A DNA stretch of 64,000 bases from Octopus vulgaris (taxonomy: Eukaryota). Below, piece by piece: positions 1 through 12,294 of the stretch. The notes beneath the pieces are model-generated. The model was not told the origin of the DNA. It did not search any database and saw nothing but the letters and a program-made list of their open reading frames with translations. Every line of letters starts with the position of its first letter. The first letter of the stretch is position 1. A program made the translations under genes and the position numbers. The stretch is taken from assembly GCA_951406725.2 (NCBI GenBank), contig OX597817.1:42346001-42410000 (forward strand). Direction: 5' to 3'.

Positions 1-1133
1 TCCTAGTATGGCTGCAGTCAAATTAGACTGAAACAACTAAAAAAAAATCACAGTAAAATATAAATTAATAGATTGTTTTGTTTTGTTTTGTTTTTTTTGA
101 GGTTTTTTTTTAATTACAACTGTGATTAAAATTTTTGTAATAATTGTTTCTGACATTCATTTCTCGAGCAGTCCTTAATAGGGTCTTGTAGAAGTGATCC
201 TTTTTCTCACTTGTTAATTCTGTCCAGAAATATTACAATGGCATTAACATAATCAATAACTTAAACAATAGGAATCTATTACATAACCCAACCACAACCC
301 ACGCTAGCACGGAAAACGGACCTTAAATGATGATGATGATGATGATAATGTATGTATATATGTGTGTGTGTGTATAATATGTGTGTCTATATATAATGTG
401 TGGATATATATATATATGTATATACATATATATATAATATATGTGTGGACATATATATATATGTATACATATATATATATATATATATAATATGTGTGTA
501 TACATATATATTTATCCACTTCTCATTTATAATACTTAACCACTAAAAATATTTTTTCATCATAAGCTGAAGAATTATTTCCAAGTCAATAAATAATTAT
601 ATATATTTTCTTTCCAGTCAGGTTGATGTATCTCTATATTAGAATTCTTCTACCAATAATTCTTTCTAATTTTGGTACAAGGCCAGCAATTTTGAGAGGA
701 TGGGCGTTAGTCAATTACAATGACTTCTATGATCAAATGATACGTATTATATTGACTCCAAAATGATGAATGGTAAAATCAGCATTGATGGAGTTTGAAC
801 TCAGGATGTAAAGAGCTGAAAGAATTGGTGTTAAATGTTTTGCTTGTGAAGCTAATGATTCTGCCAGCTCACCATCATCGAATTCTTGTGCATATATAAA
901 TATATGAGTGCCTTGGATACAAATTCCTGGACTTTTACACCTACGGATTACTGTTACCATTCTTCCGGAGTATGCCACTGAAATCGTGATTGGAAATCAA
1001 AAAAATTTGTCCGTGACTCTTCCACTTTTTCCTCGTCCTTTTTTACCTTTCTTCTTCTACCTCCATTTTTCCACTTGTGTCGCCACCACTTACACCTACA
1101 CAGACATTCACCACTTCTCAACATGCCTGACTC

Positions 1134-1342
1134 CAAAATGTGACCTCGTGTGTACCGTTGGCGATTTTTTTCCTCTGTCTTCCCTTCTCTGGATCTTTCC
1201 TTCTCCTATGTTTCTGACGAAGAGCTCTGCTCGAAACGTTAAACCCTCCTTCTTTCCTTCTTTCCTGAGCGTCCAATAATACTATATTTGTTCCACGTCC
1301 TCGCGTTGTTGTGTTTTTTTGTGCTTTCTTGTTTGGATTAAC
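1134..1342 (+). mobile_element. ~210-bp hammerhead-bearing repeat unit, copy 1 (Penelope-like pLTR / retrozyme-like); related sequence may extend upstream to ~905
   Basis: Closely similar to units at 1651-1858 and 1916-2130; contains hammerhead motif at 1210-1244; ends ggattaac followed by (TA)n. Confidence 0.7.
1210..1244 (+). ncRNA. Minimal type I hammerhead ribozyme motif (family H1, copy 1)
   Basis: GTTT-CTGACGA-A-GAGC(tct)GCTC-GAAA-CGTT-AAAC: stem I GTTT/AAAC, core CUGANGA plus one extra A, stem II GAGC/GCTC, GAAA, palindromic stem III ACGT, GUU triplet. Confidence 0.7.
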
Positions 1343-1343
1343 A

Positions 1344-1374
<31 letters not shown>

Positions 1375-1650
1375 TATATGTATACATATATGTATGTATA
1401 TATGTATGTATCTGTGTGCCTGTGTATCTCTGTTTGTCCCTACCACCACTACCACCATCACCGCCACTACTGCTTGACAATCGGTGTTGGTGTGTTTGTG
1501 TGGCCATGTGGTAAGAAGATTGCTTCTCAACCACATGGCTCTAGGTTCAGTCCCACTGCAGGGCACCTTGGGCAAGTGTTTTCTACTATAGCCTTAGGCT
1601 GACCAAAGCCTTGTGAGAGTATTTGGTAGACAGAAACTGGGAGAAGCCCA

Positions 1651-1853
1651 GACTGCATGTGTATCGTTGGCTATTTTTTTCCTCCATCTTCCCTTCCTTG
1701 GATCTTTCCTTCTCCTATGTTTCTGACAAAGAGATCCGCTCGAAATGTTAAATCCTCCTTCTTTCCTTCTTTTCCTGAGCGTCCAATAACACTATACTTG
1801 TTGCACGTCCTCACGTTGTTGTGTTTTCTCTTTGTGTTTTCATGTTTGGATTA

Positions 1854-1858
<5 letters not shown>
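1651..1858 (+). mobile_element. Hammerhead-bearing repeat unit, copy 2 (ribozyme core mutated)
   Basis: Aligns to copies 1 and 3; motif at 1719-1753 reads CTGACAA...GAGAtccGCTC GAAATGTT (G8>A, stem II mismatch, palindrome lost). Confidence 0.7.
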
Positions 1859-1908
<50 letters not shown>

Positions 1909-1915
1909 ATATATT

Positions 1916-2125
1916 CAAATTCTGACCGCGTGTGTACCATTGGCGATTTTTTTCCTCCATCTTCCTTTCTTTGGATCTTTCCTTTTCCTATGTTTCTGAT
2001 GAAGAGCTCCGCTCGAAACGTTAAACCCTCCTTCTTTCCTTCTTTCCTGAGCATCCAATAATACTATACTTGTTCCACGTCCTTGCATTGTTGTGTTTTC
2101 TCTTTGTGTTTTCATGTTTGGATTA

Positions 2126-2130
<5 letters not shown>
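1916..2130 (+). mobile_element. Hammerhead-bearing repeat unit, copy 3
   Basis: Aligns to copies 1 and 2; (TA)n on both sides. Confidence 0.7.
1992..2026 (+). ncRNA. Minimal type I hammerhead ribozyme motif (family H1, copy 3, intact)
   Basis: GTTT-CTGATGA-A-GAGC(tcc)GCTC-GAAA-CGTT-AAAC. Confidence 0.72.
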
Positions 2131-2180
<50 letters not shown>

Positions 2181-2221
2181 ATGCATGTGTGTGTGTGTGT
2201 GTATATATGTATATATATGTA

Positions 2222-2276
<55 letters not shown>

Positions 2277-2280
2277 ATAT

Positions 2281-2327
<47 letters not shown>

Positions 2328-2712
2328 TAATATATAATATATATGGTGGGGGGTATTTGTGTGTGAGTGTGTGTCTGTGTTTGTCCCTCCAACATCGCTT
2401 GACACTGTCTCTGTAACTTAGTGGGTCAGCAAAAGAGACTAATAGTATAAGTACCAGGTTTACAAAGAATAAGTCCTGGTGGCCGATTTGTTCAACTAAA
2501 GGTAGTGCTCCAGCATGGCCATAATCAAATTATTGAAACAAGTAAAAAAGCAAAAGAGTAATTATATAAATGAATTTACATCTTACATCTTCGCATATAT
2601 CTGGCTCTCCTCTGCATTGTTCTTTCTCAAACACACACACATGAACATACGTGTGCATGCATGTGTACATGTACATATGCACACATTCATACATTCACCC
2701 AGATACACATAT

Positions 2713-3282
2713 CTCTCTAGCATCTCTTGCTCTCTCTATCTTTCCCCTCTCTCTGTCTCTCTCTCTTTCCCTTCCTCTCACTCCTTCTCCCTCTTTCACC
2801 CTCTCTCTCCCTTTTTCACCCTCTCCTTCATTCTGCCCCTGCTACCTTGTCACCCCTTTCTCCCACTCTTCCAGTTTTCTGCCTCTCACTTTCTCTCTCA
2901 CCCTCTCTCCCCTCTTTCCCTCTCTCTCCTCCATTCTTCTCTGCCCCTCCTCTCCCATCCCTCCATCTTTCTTTCTCTTTCTCTTTCTCATTTCCTCTCT
3001 TCCTCTCTCTTTCCCTCACCTTCATTCTCTCTCCCTCTCCCCTTATCCCTCCTTTCTCCCACCCCTCCATCTTTCTCCCTCTCTCTTTCTTCTCTCTCTC
3101 GTTTCCTCTCTCCCTCTCTCTTTACCTCACCTTCATTCTCTTCCCCTCACCCACTTATCCCTACCCCCTCTCCCACCCCCGCCCTCCTTTCTCCCTCTCT
3201 CTCTTTCCCTCACCTTCATTCTCTCCCCCATCTCCCCCTTATCCCTACCCCTCTCCCACCCTCCCCCTCTCTCCCTCTCTCT
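2713..3282. repeat. CT-rich polypyrimidine low-complexity tract with internal repeated units
   Basis: Almost purely C/T; recurring ctctctctttccctcaccttcattctct motif. Confidence 0.9.
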
Positions 3283-3636
3283 ACATATATGAGAAAGACC
3301 AGTTGATAATGAAGAAAATGATGCTGTTGTTTATGAGACAACTTACAAGTAGCAAGCAAGCATTATGTGCCTTACATTCAGACTGAAGAATGAAGCAACA
3401 TTATTGCACATGTTAGCAGTAAATAAGTAAGCTGGACAAGTCATGGGTGATATCTCCATAAACAGGAAATACTCCACCAGAAATATCTGAGAAAAATCAG
3501 ACACATTCAGTGGTAGAAAAGGTACCAGAATGTCAACATGCTCACCCATACTGACATTTCTCCAGCATTTATTTTTTTTTAAACTGTGATCCCTCAATGC
3601 CATTTTTGATAGGCTGACGATGCTAGTTGCTATCCA

Positions 3637-4038
3637 GGCGGCGAGCTGGCAGAAACGTTAGCACACCGGGTGAAACGCTTAGTGGTATTTCGTCTGCCGC
3701 TACGTTCTGAGTTCAAATTCTGCCGAGGTCGACTTTGCCTTTCATTCTTTCGGGGTCGATAAATTAAGTACCAGTTACGCACTGGGGTCGATGTAATCGA
3801 CTTAATACCTATGTCTGTCCTTGTTTGTCCCCTCTGTGTTTAGCCCCTTGTGGTTAATAAAGAAATAGGTATTTCGTCTGCCGCTACGTTCTGAGTTCAA
3901 ATTCTGCCTTTCTGACTTTGCCTTTCATCCTTTCGGGGTCGATTAAATAAGTACCAGTTATGCACTGGGTTCGAAATAATCGACTAAATCTGTTTATCCT
4001 CTCTGTGTTTAGCCCCTTGTGGGTAGTAAAGAAATAGG
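3637..4038 (+). mobile_element. tRNA-derived SINE family B with tandem duplication of its body
   Basis: A-box-like TGGCAGAAACG, B-box GAGTTCAAATTC; body ~3689-3868 repeated at ~3869-4038; matches copies at 37729 and 49070. Confidence 0.85.
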
Positions 4039-4189
4039 TTTACTCATAGCTGAATGAAGGACAGTGCGAGTAAGACAAAGGAAACAATTCAAGGAGATGA
4101 TAAAAAGAAATTTGATCAGGTGTAGCATTTATGCATACAGGTGGGAAGGATTTGATGAATGGCCAATGCAAGAACAGATATATTACCTA

Positions 4190-4512
4190 TGGCTCAGTGG
4201 TTAGAGCATTGGATTCACAATCATGAGGTAGTGAGTTCAATTCCTAGGCTGGGCTGCGTGTTGTGTTCTTGAGCAAGACACTTTATTTCACGTTGTTCCA
4301 GTTCACTCAGCTGTAGAAATGATTTGCGACATAACTGGTACCAAGTCGTATCGCCCTTTGCCTTTCCCTTGGATAATACTGGTGGCATGGAGAAGGGAGG
4401 CTGGTATGCATGGGTGACTGCCGATCTTCCATAAACCCAGAATTGTGCCTCAGAGGGTAACTTTCTAGGTGCAATCTCATAGGCATTCTTGACCGAAGGG
4501 GGCCTTTACCCT
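4190..4512 (+). mobile_element. tRNA-derived SINE family D (CORE-like body)
   Basis: A box TGGCTCAGTGG, B box GAGTTCAATTCC, CORE-like tgtgttcttgagcaagacactt; second copy at 23390-23660. Confidence 0.8.
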
Positions 4513-5680
4513 TATTAATGGAACTTAACACTTCAATATATCACAGATTGAACATCCAAATGATAAACATGAACAAAGAAAGCAGTATAAAACAACCAGA
4601 AACAGAGTCTCTTCTCTCACAGAACTCAAAATTGCCTGTTTGTGACATGAGTCCCACACTATCCAATATGTAGCCACATATGGCTACAGGTAGCCTATAA
4701 ATAGTCACATGGGGCCACATATAGCCACACTGGCCTGTAAGCCCATTGAAGATAAATCTGGTGAATAATCATCCTTGACCCAGAGAGGTTACCAATGATG
4801 GTCAGTGAGTTATAATGTATAAATAACTGTTTGGAATGTTTCATTTAACTTACATTTTATGGCTGGATGCACTTCTTGCCTTGCCCTCAAGCATTCTGAT
4901 GGAACAGACCAAACAGAGGTTGGCTTTCCAGATACAATCCTTCTCTACCTTGAATCATGGAATTATTTTGGAATGACATTTCTTCTAAACGGGTCATCAT
5001 ACTGTCTTACGCATATGTGCACACACACACACACACGCACACACACACACACACACACAACACATACACACGTACACACACACGTATCTCCCTCTCTCCC
5101 TCTCTCTGTCTCTCTCTTTATATATACCTATACATTATATTATGCATGTGTGTATATGTGTATATATATATATATCATATATATATATATGCATTTATAT
5201 ATATGATATATATATATATATATATATATCATATATATAAATGCATACATCATACACACACACACACACAAACATATATATATATATACCTCATTTGGTT
5301 TTGATTGTTTACTTCCACTGGGCATATGTATTCTAGAATAGAAGATTAATGAAAATCTGAGCAAGGATTAATTTGTACTGATTCAATGATGCAAAAACAG
5401 TCTTTCCAAATTCAAGTGCTTTCAGGCACACCTAAACAACCTAAACAAAAAAGTCAGACATTTTACAAAGAAAAAAATACAATAGGAAATATTTGCTGAC
5501 AAAATTTTTTCAATTTTGTTCTCTACTAATATCAATGCTTCAATGTACGTATATACATGTTTATTATATGTTTATTATATGTTTAAGCAGTTATGTGGGA
5601 ATCAATGTTTAATGTAGATCTGTGGTTTATGTATATGTAGGAACATGTGAAAATGAGAAGCCATTTTGTTTTCCTTCTCT

Positions 5681-5890
<210 letters not shown>

Positions 5891-6718
5891 ATGCATATTT
5901 ATGTTTGTTTATATGAAATACAATGTTTATATATGTTAAAATGTGGTTGAATGTAACTAAGTGTTAGCTTGTATTTTATGCGTATGCATAATGAGCTGTA
6001 TATACAGTGTATACATATATATATTTATATATATATATGCAAGAGTGTAGAATTGTATTGAGTTTTATGTGAATATTGTTAGTGTATGAGTGCATGAAAA
6101 ACTGGTGTGTAAATATCAAATGTTTGGTTGGATATTATATAAACCTATGTATGTGTGCACAGTATGTGGTGGAACTTACTTTTATATTGATTCTGTACGA
6201 ATGACCGGGAGATAGTGACTCTATCAAATGACAGAATCTTTCTTGCCTCCAACTAGAAAAATCCTGTAACTAGATCAGTTCTTCATACATTTTAATTCAC
6301 ATTGTTTTTCAAAGTATTTCGTTAGCTTTTCCTGTTTAATGAAGTAACATATTTCTTTTGATTTGTTCTAACATAATTAAATTGTTTAATAAATGTCTTA
6401 GCTGTCATCACAAGATTAATCCCAGATTATGAAAAAGCGCTTTCAGCACAGAAAAGTGGCTAGCTGTTTGAAAATTAAATTTAAATTTCTAAACTTTCAT
6501 ACCCACTTAATGCATATCAACATGGAAATATAGATAATGAAAGAGAATTAACCCTATTAATTCATTTGATACACTAATCAAATAACAAAATAAACAGATG
6601 AAATAAAATAATTCTCCACATTTGGAAATAATTCTTCCAAATGCTATTATAGTTTCTATGATGTATTAAAATCTATTGACTGAACAAGTCAAATTTTAAC
6701 TCTACCTGTCACTACCTA

Positions 6719-6925
6719 TTAACCTTTGATACCAATCCACCTGAGACCACTGCTACTTCAATGACACAAGCTTCTTGCTTCCAAATGATTAAAGTTAAAA
6801 TATTCTATCAATGTCTCATATTAATTTAAGTTTTGAACATTAGATTAGAAATGACAAAGGTATGATTATTTTCAAATGTAATTGAAAGGTTGCATATTTC
6901 TACAGAAATGTATCAAAAGCATTAA
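6719..6925. mobile_element. Possible old TTAA-flanked MITE
   Basis: TTAA-cctttgatac ... gtatcaaaagca-TTAA imperfect terminal inverted repeats. Confidence 0.35.
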
Positions 6926-8149
6926 ATAATAATCTTCTAATGCTTTTCTTTTCAAAGAGAGGAACCTCCCACTCTGTATCACTAAACCTTTTGCTGCTGT
7001 CCAGGTTACACACTTCAAGTTCTTCCCAAAATATGCACTCATTATGTGCAATCCATTCTCCCATCATTCTCTCACTTGAAAATCACAAACAGAGAATTCC
7101 GTTTATTCTACTTCAAAGTCTCTCTTCTGCATCCTTCCAATCCATCTACTAATACTACCTGAACTTCTTAACGAACAGATGTCATTTAATTATCTTTCGT
7201 ATTACACTGGGGACCTTTAACTCAATCGAAATCATCATTCTTGCAGGTGCCAAATCTGAAATGTTTATCAGCTTAATCCCTTCACGATCATATTTCTTAT
7301 GAAATATACTGCCTGTATATTATATTTGAAATTAATCAGGAATATGGAAGGATTTAATAAAAATAGCAAACATTTTTATTATTAAGCTGGTGTTTGGAAC
7401 ATAACTTCTTACATAAAATTATGATAGAAGGTCTTAATTTATGTAGGAAGACAGTTTTGTATAATTATAACCCAAAGAAATCTCAGGCATTTATTATCAA
7501 GATTGTTGATTAAACTAAACATTTTCATCATTAATCCATATCTGTCTGTAATTCACCTACCGATTCTGCAAATTTTGGCACAGGGCCAATAATTTCAGAG
7601 TAGGGGTAAGTTGATCACATCAGCCCCAGTGCTTGGCTGGTATTTCATTTTATCTGCCCCCAAAAGAATGAAAGGCAAAGTTGACCTTTGCAGAATTTGA
7701 ATTCAACTCTATGAAACTCTTTATTGCTTCTTTGTCCAACTCTTACTCACCACGGGGACAGATACATCATAGTATTTGTCCCCACTCCATAGGATCTATT
7801 TACATTAACTAGATCTGAAAGAAGGGACAGGGGCCATAACATCTGCAGGCACTATGTGACTGATATTGATGCCCTTAACTTTCTGCTTAAATTTGTTTCA
7901 AGTTGATATCTGCAGGAAGGACAAGTGTAGGAGGGGAGGAGGGGGTCTAGATAGTTGCCATTCTGGGGAGGAAGAACTGGACATAATGGTTAATGCAGGA
8001 CAAGAGACGTTGGATTCAAGATGCATGATAAGAAGATCAGTGAATCACAAATATCTGAACAAGGGGGAAAAAGACATGTGTCAATTGTAGCTGGAGCATA
8101 GATTATCAAATTACTACAATTGCAAGACAACTGCAACCAGAAGGTCCAG

Positions 8150-8503
8150 TCTTTCTCGTGGTGTAATTGTTTATGTGCCCCAATGACACTGAGAGCTACG
8201 CCAGTAGAGCACAAGTTCCTGGTAGAGTCTCTCATGCTAGACAGGTCAAATGGTAAATGTCAGATTAATGTAAAAATGTGTCCATACAGGGCCAACATCC
8301 TTACTTAGAAAAAGCAAAGTTACAGAAGCATTGAGGACAATTCAGAACCAACACGACAAAGCCTTCCTGCAGGGAAACATATACATAGAGGAGAAGCTTC
8401 TATCTATACTGAGAGAATGGCTTTGATAGCCCAGAGTCAAGAACAGTGAAGTAAAGTTGTTGATGGTTTATACTCTAGAGAGGCCAAAGGGCTTAAGCAA
8501 GGC
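8150..8503 (+). mobile_element. Decayed bipartite non-autonomous RTE derivative (5' UTR-like part fused to 3' end)
   Basis: gagagctacgccagtagagcacaagttcctggtagagtctctcatgctagacaggtcaaa resembles RTE 5' UTRs; ends gttgatggtttatactc...aagggcttaagcaag; colinear with 24072-24388. Confidence 0.5.
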
Positions 8504-9454
8504 AACTGATCACACTTCTGCTTACCGTCCAACAACCTTTTTTCTTGGAATCCTCTGATATTTAAAGTCATTAAATTCTCCACTGAATACTCCTAACAGC
8601 AAATGTAGTCCTTCCCCAGATCTATCTACCTATAGCAGCTAATTTTTCACACAACCTAAGTCAGCAACACAGAAACCCAGCCCTGTGGTATTGTATCACA
8701 TCTCTGAGAAAATAAAACTTCAGTGATGTCATCCTGTTGTAGACCTTTCAATATTATCTTAAAGTTATTGGAGACAGCTTAAATAATCACTTTCTTTATC
8801 AGCTTGAGTCTTTCAATGACCACCACAATAGTTTTCATCAAGCCAAATTAACTAGAATCCTGCTTTCGTATATCACTTAACAATGGTTTCTTTCTTTGAA
8901 AATGTCAATAAAAATAATCTTTTGACTGTGGTGAGATATAAGAATTTTTGAAGAGTTTACCAGCCTACTTCATTAGAATCCATCAGTCTACCTCTTCCAC
9001 AGGTTCCCTCAACCACTAGGGTGTGGCACATTCTATTAAGTATTTAATAACAAGAAATATATATAATATACACACCCAAGGATACAATTTCTGGAATGAC
9101 CACAGACACATGCTTCCATTACCCAATCGAGTCATATTTGTAACTATATTTTAATCTATACATGTACTAAATATGCTTGTGTTACATACTGTTTATATAT
9201 AAGTGCAGACATGGTTGAATGGTTATGAAGCTTGCTTTGCAACCATATGGTTTCAGGTTCAGTCCCACTGCACAGCTCCTAAGGCAAGGGTATTTTACTA
9301 TAGCCCTGAGCTAACCAATGTTTTGTTAGTAAGTTCTGGGTGGGCAGAAATTGCATAGAAGCCTGATGTATATGTGTGTGTGTGTTATGTTTGTATCTTC
9401 CCCCTACCATCACTTCACAATAAAACAAGTACCAGACTTTAAAAAATGCTTAGT

Positions 9455-9614
9455 AGGAGTGGCTGTGTGGTAAGTAGCTTGCTTACGAAACACATGGTTC
9501 CAGGTCCAGTCCCACTGTGTGGTACCTTGGGCAAGTGTCTTCTATTATAGCCTCAGGCCGACCAAAGCCTTGTGAGTGGATTTGGTTGATGGAAACTGAA
9601 AGAAGCTCGTCGTA

Positions 9615-9685
<71 letters not shown>

Positions 9686-9907
9686 ATATGTTTGTGTGTC
9701 TGTGTTTGTCCCCCCACTTGACAACTGATGCTGGTGTGTTTACGTCCCGGTAACTTAGCAGTTCAGCAAAAGAGACTGATAGAATAAGTACTAAGCTTAC
9801 AAAGAATAAGTCCTAGGATTGATTTGTTTGACTAAAGGTGCTGCTCCAGCATGGCCACAATCAAATGACTGAAACAAGTAAAAGAGTAAAAGAAGAGTAA
9901 AGAGTAC
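9455..9907 (+). mobile_element. tRNA-derived SINE family A, full length, with internal (TA)n and (GAGTAAAA)n tail
   Basis: Pol III A/B-box head, CORE-like gtggtaccttgggcaagtgtctt, more than ten homologous copies or fragments in the window. Confidence 0.9.
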
Positions 9908-10519
9908 CCCAGTAAAAACCTTTCAAGGCAGTGCCCCAGCATGGCCACAATCCACTTAGTAAAACAAGTAACAGGTAAAAGATATAATCAACACATCAAA
10001 AGATACAATTAGTTCAATAACCAGAGATTCCTGCTCCAACATTCAATCTACCTATACATATATAAATTTCAATCCGTACAACATATACATAATATGTATA
10101 TATAATACCAAGACATCTTATATAATAGTTTAATTATAAAAGAGTTAATAGCAATTAATTACCCAATTTATTTTGCATACAAAAATAGCAATTAATTATC
10201 CAATTTATTTTGCATATTAAATTAGCTTGTAAGCATTGATATGTTGCAAGCATTGTTAATATTAATTACATCATTAGGTATTTCAGTTAATATGTATATA
10301 AGCTAATGTTTCTTTATTACTAAAGCAGTATTCCAAAGATTTGGATTAGAACAAAATTGTTCAGCTCTGAGCATGGCTGACTTTCTTCAAAGCACAAATG
10401 TTCTTCACATCAGAGCAGCATTTCTCATCTGGGAGTTCATGTAATCCTAGAGGATCCATGTAAGATTTTGTTGTTAAAATTTATCTGCAGTAAATTGCTT
10501 ATACTTTACAATACACAAA

Positions 10520-11328
10520 ATCATCATCATTTAATGACCACTTTCCATGCTAGCATGGGTTGGACTATTTGACTGAGGACTGGCAAACCAGATGGCTGCA
10601 CCAGACTCCAATCTGATCTGGCAGAGTTTCAACAGCTTGATGCCCTTCCTAATGCCAACCACTCCGAAAGTTTAGTGGGTGATTTTACGTGCCACCAGCA
10701 CAAGGGCCAGTCAGGCAGTACTGGCCACACCCATGCTCAAATGGTGTTTTTTACATACCACCTGCACAGGAGCCAGTCCAGCGGTACTGACAATAACCTC
10801 ACTCGAATATTTTTTCACATGCCACCAGCACAAGTGCCAGTAAGGCAATGCTGGTAACAATCACGTTCAAATGGTGCTTTTTACATGCTACCGGCACAGA
10901 AGCCAATTAACTGCTCTGGTAACAATCTCGCTCAGATGGTACTCTTAGCTCTCCACTAGCACAGATGCCAGTCATAGAATTTGATTTCAATTTCGATTTC
11001 ACTTACCTCAACAGGTCTTTGCAAGCAGAGTTAAGTGTCCAATGAAGGAAAGGTGTGCATAAGTGGGCTGGTTACGCCCCTGGCATAAGTTATGGGTTAT
11101 GGTCTCACTTGGCTTGCCAGGTCTTCTCAAGCACAGCATATTTCCAAAGGTCTCGGTCACTAGTCATTGCCTCGGTGAGGCCTAATGTTCACAGGTCATG
11201 CTTCCCCACCTCATCCCAGGTCTTCCTGGGTCTACCTCTTCCACAGGGTCCCTCAACCGTTAGGGTGTGGTGCTTTTTCACACAGCTATCCTCATCCATT
11301 CTTGCCACATGACCATACCAGCACAGTT
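10520..11328 (-). mobile_element. 5'-truncated RTE-clade LINE (ORF C-terminus + 3' UTR + (GAT)n tail)
   Basis: Minus strand ~11190-11325 translates WYGHVARMDEDSCVKKHHTLTVEGPCGRGRPRKTWDEVGKHDL, a typical RTE C-terminus; 3' UTR shared with many shorter copies. Confidence 0.85.
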
Positions 11329-11384
11329 ATCTCTCTTTTAACAAATTTTTTTTATACAATTCCGAATAGTATTTGATTAAAAAA

Positions 11385-11580
11385 ACATCTAATATTAGAT
11401 GTACCATCTAATATTGGATGGTACATCTAATATTAGATGTTACCCTCTAATATTAGATGTTAACATCTAATATTATAGACGTAACATCTATGAGATGTTA
11501 CATGTATAATATAATCTATTATTACATTGATGTTATATTATAGCATCAATATAATATAACATTGATGTTATATTATAACA
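11385..11580. repeat. Tandem array of ~19-bp palindromic units
   Basis: ACATCTAATATTAGATGT perfect 18-bp palindrome, ~5 variants, then cattgatgttatattata repeats. Confidence 0.8.
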
Positions 11581-11995
11581 TCATCATCTTCGTTTAGCAT
11601 CCGCTTTCCATGCTAGCATGGGTTGGACGGTTCAACTGGGGTCTGGGAAGCCAGAAGGCTGCACCAGGCCCAGTCTGATCTGGCAATGTTTCTACGGCTG
11701 GATGTCCTTCCTAACGCCAACCACTCCGTGAGTGTAGTGGGTGCTTTTTACATGGCACCGGCACAGGTGCCAGATGAGGCTGGCAAACGGCCACGATCGG
11801 ATGGTGCTTTTTACATGCCACCGGCACGAGGCCAGTCGGGACGGTGCTGGCAACGGCCACATTCGGATGGTTCTCTTACATACCACCAGCACTGGTATTA
11901 CAGCTGCAATTTCCATTGATGTTGATCAATTTCGATTTTCACTTGCTTTCCAGGTCTTCACAAGTAGAGTTTTGTGTCCCAAGAAGGAAAGTTTT
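11577..11995 (-). mobile_element. RTE LINE 3' UTR fragment (variant subfamily)
   Basis: catcatc tail, ttccatgctagcatgggttggacgg terminus, ~60-bp internal repeats. Confidence 0.8.
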
Positions 11996-12294
11996 GTGTC
12001 TGCTCATAGATATTTGATGGTACAGCTACTGAAAATAAATTTCATTGTTTGGCCCATTTAGACATTGCATAAAATGATAAATTTTTGCACTGTTTGAATA
12101 CAGAACAAGGCAGAACAAAATGAACAATATAATGCAGTTAATGCAGTTCTGCACTAAATACAGGTCTGCACTAAATACAGGTCTGAACAAGATAAATATT
12201 AAATGGGTTTTAATCTTACCTATGTATACTTTTATATTTTAAATACTAAGAATTTTATATAGAATTTCAGTTACCTTTGATGCAAGTATGGCAG

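Larger units (their letters stand above)
1500..2555 (+). mobile_element. tRNA-derived SINE family A, split at its internal microsatellite by two hammerhead units
   Basis: 5' half 1500-1650 (gtggccatgtggtaag...ggttcagtcccact...ccttgggcaagtg); 3' half ~2370-2555 (gtttgtccctccaacatcgcttgac...gaaacaagtaaaa) matches the intact copy at 9455. Confidence 0.75.

Noticed and set aside
908-1279. 123-aa ORF upstream of and overlapping hammerhead unit 1 as a Penelope ORF remnant
   Set aside because: Only a faint resemblance (IVIGNQKNLS); no RT or GIY-YIG motif is visible, so it needs a profile search
4190-4260. tRNA-like sequences at SINE heads (also 9455, 27663, 38334, 62279, 63573)
   Set aside because: A/B boxes are present but there is no complete cloverleaf, and each continues into a SINE body; these are not tRNA genes
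7990-8235. Minus-strand ORF with LIIYAP suggesting a LINE endonuclease
   Set aside because: It partly overlaps a plus-strand non-coding RTE derivative, and other endonuclease motifs are absent
10670-10980. Regularly spaced palindromic repeats resembling a CRISPR array
   Set aside because: The linkers are homologous to each other, the array is part of a multi-copy LINE 3' UTR, the context is eukaryotic and there are no cas genes
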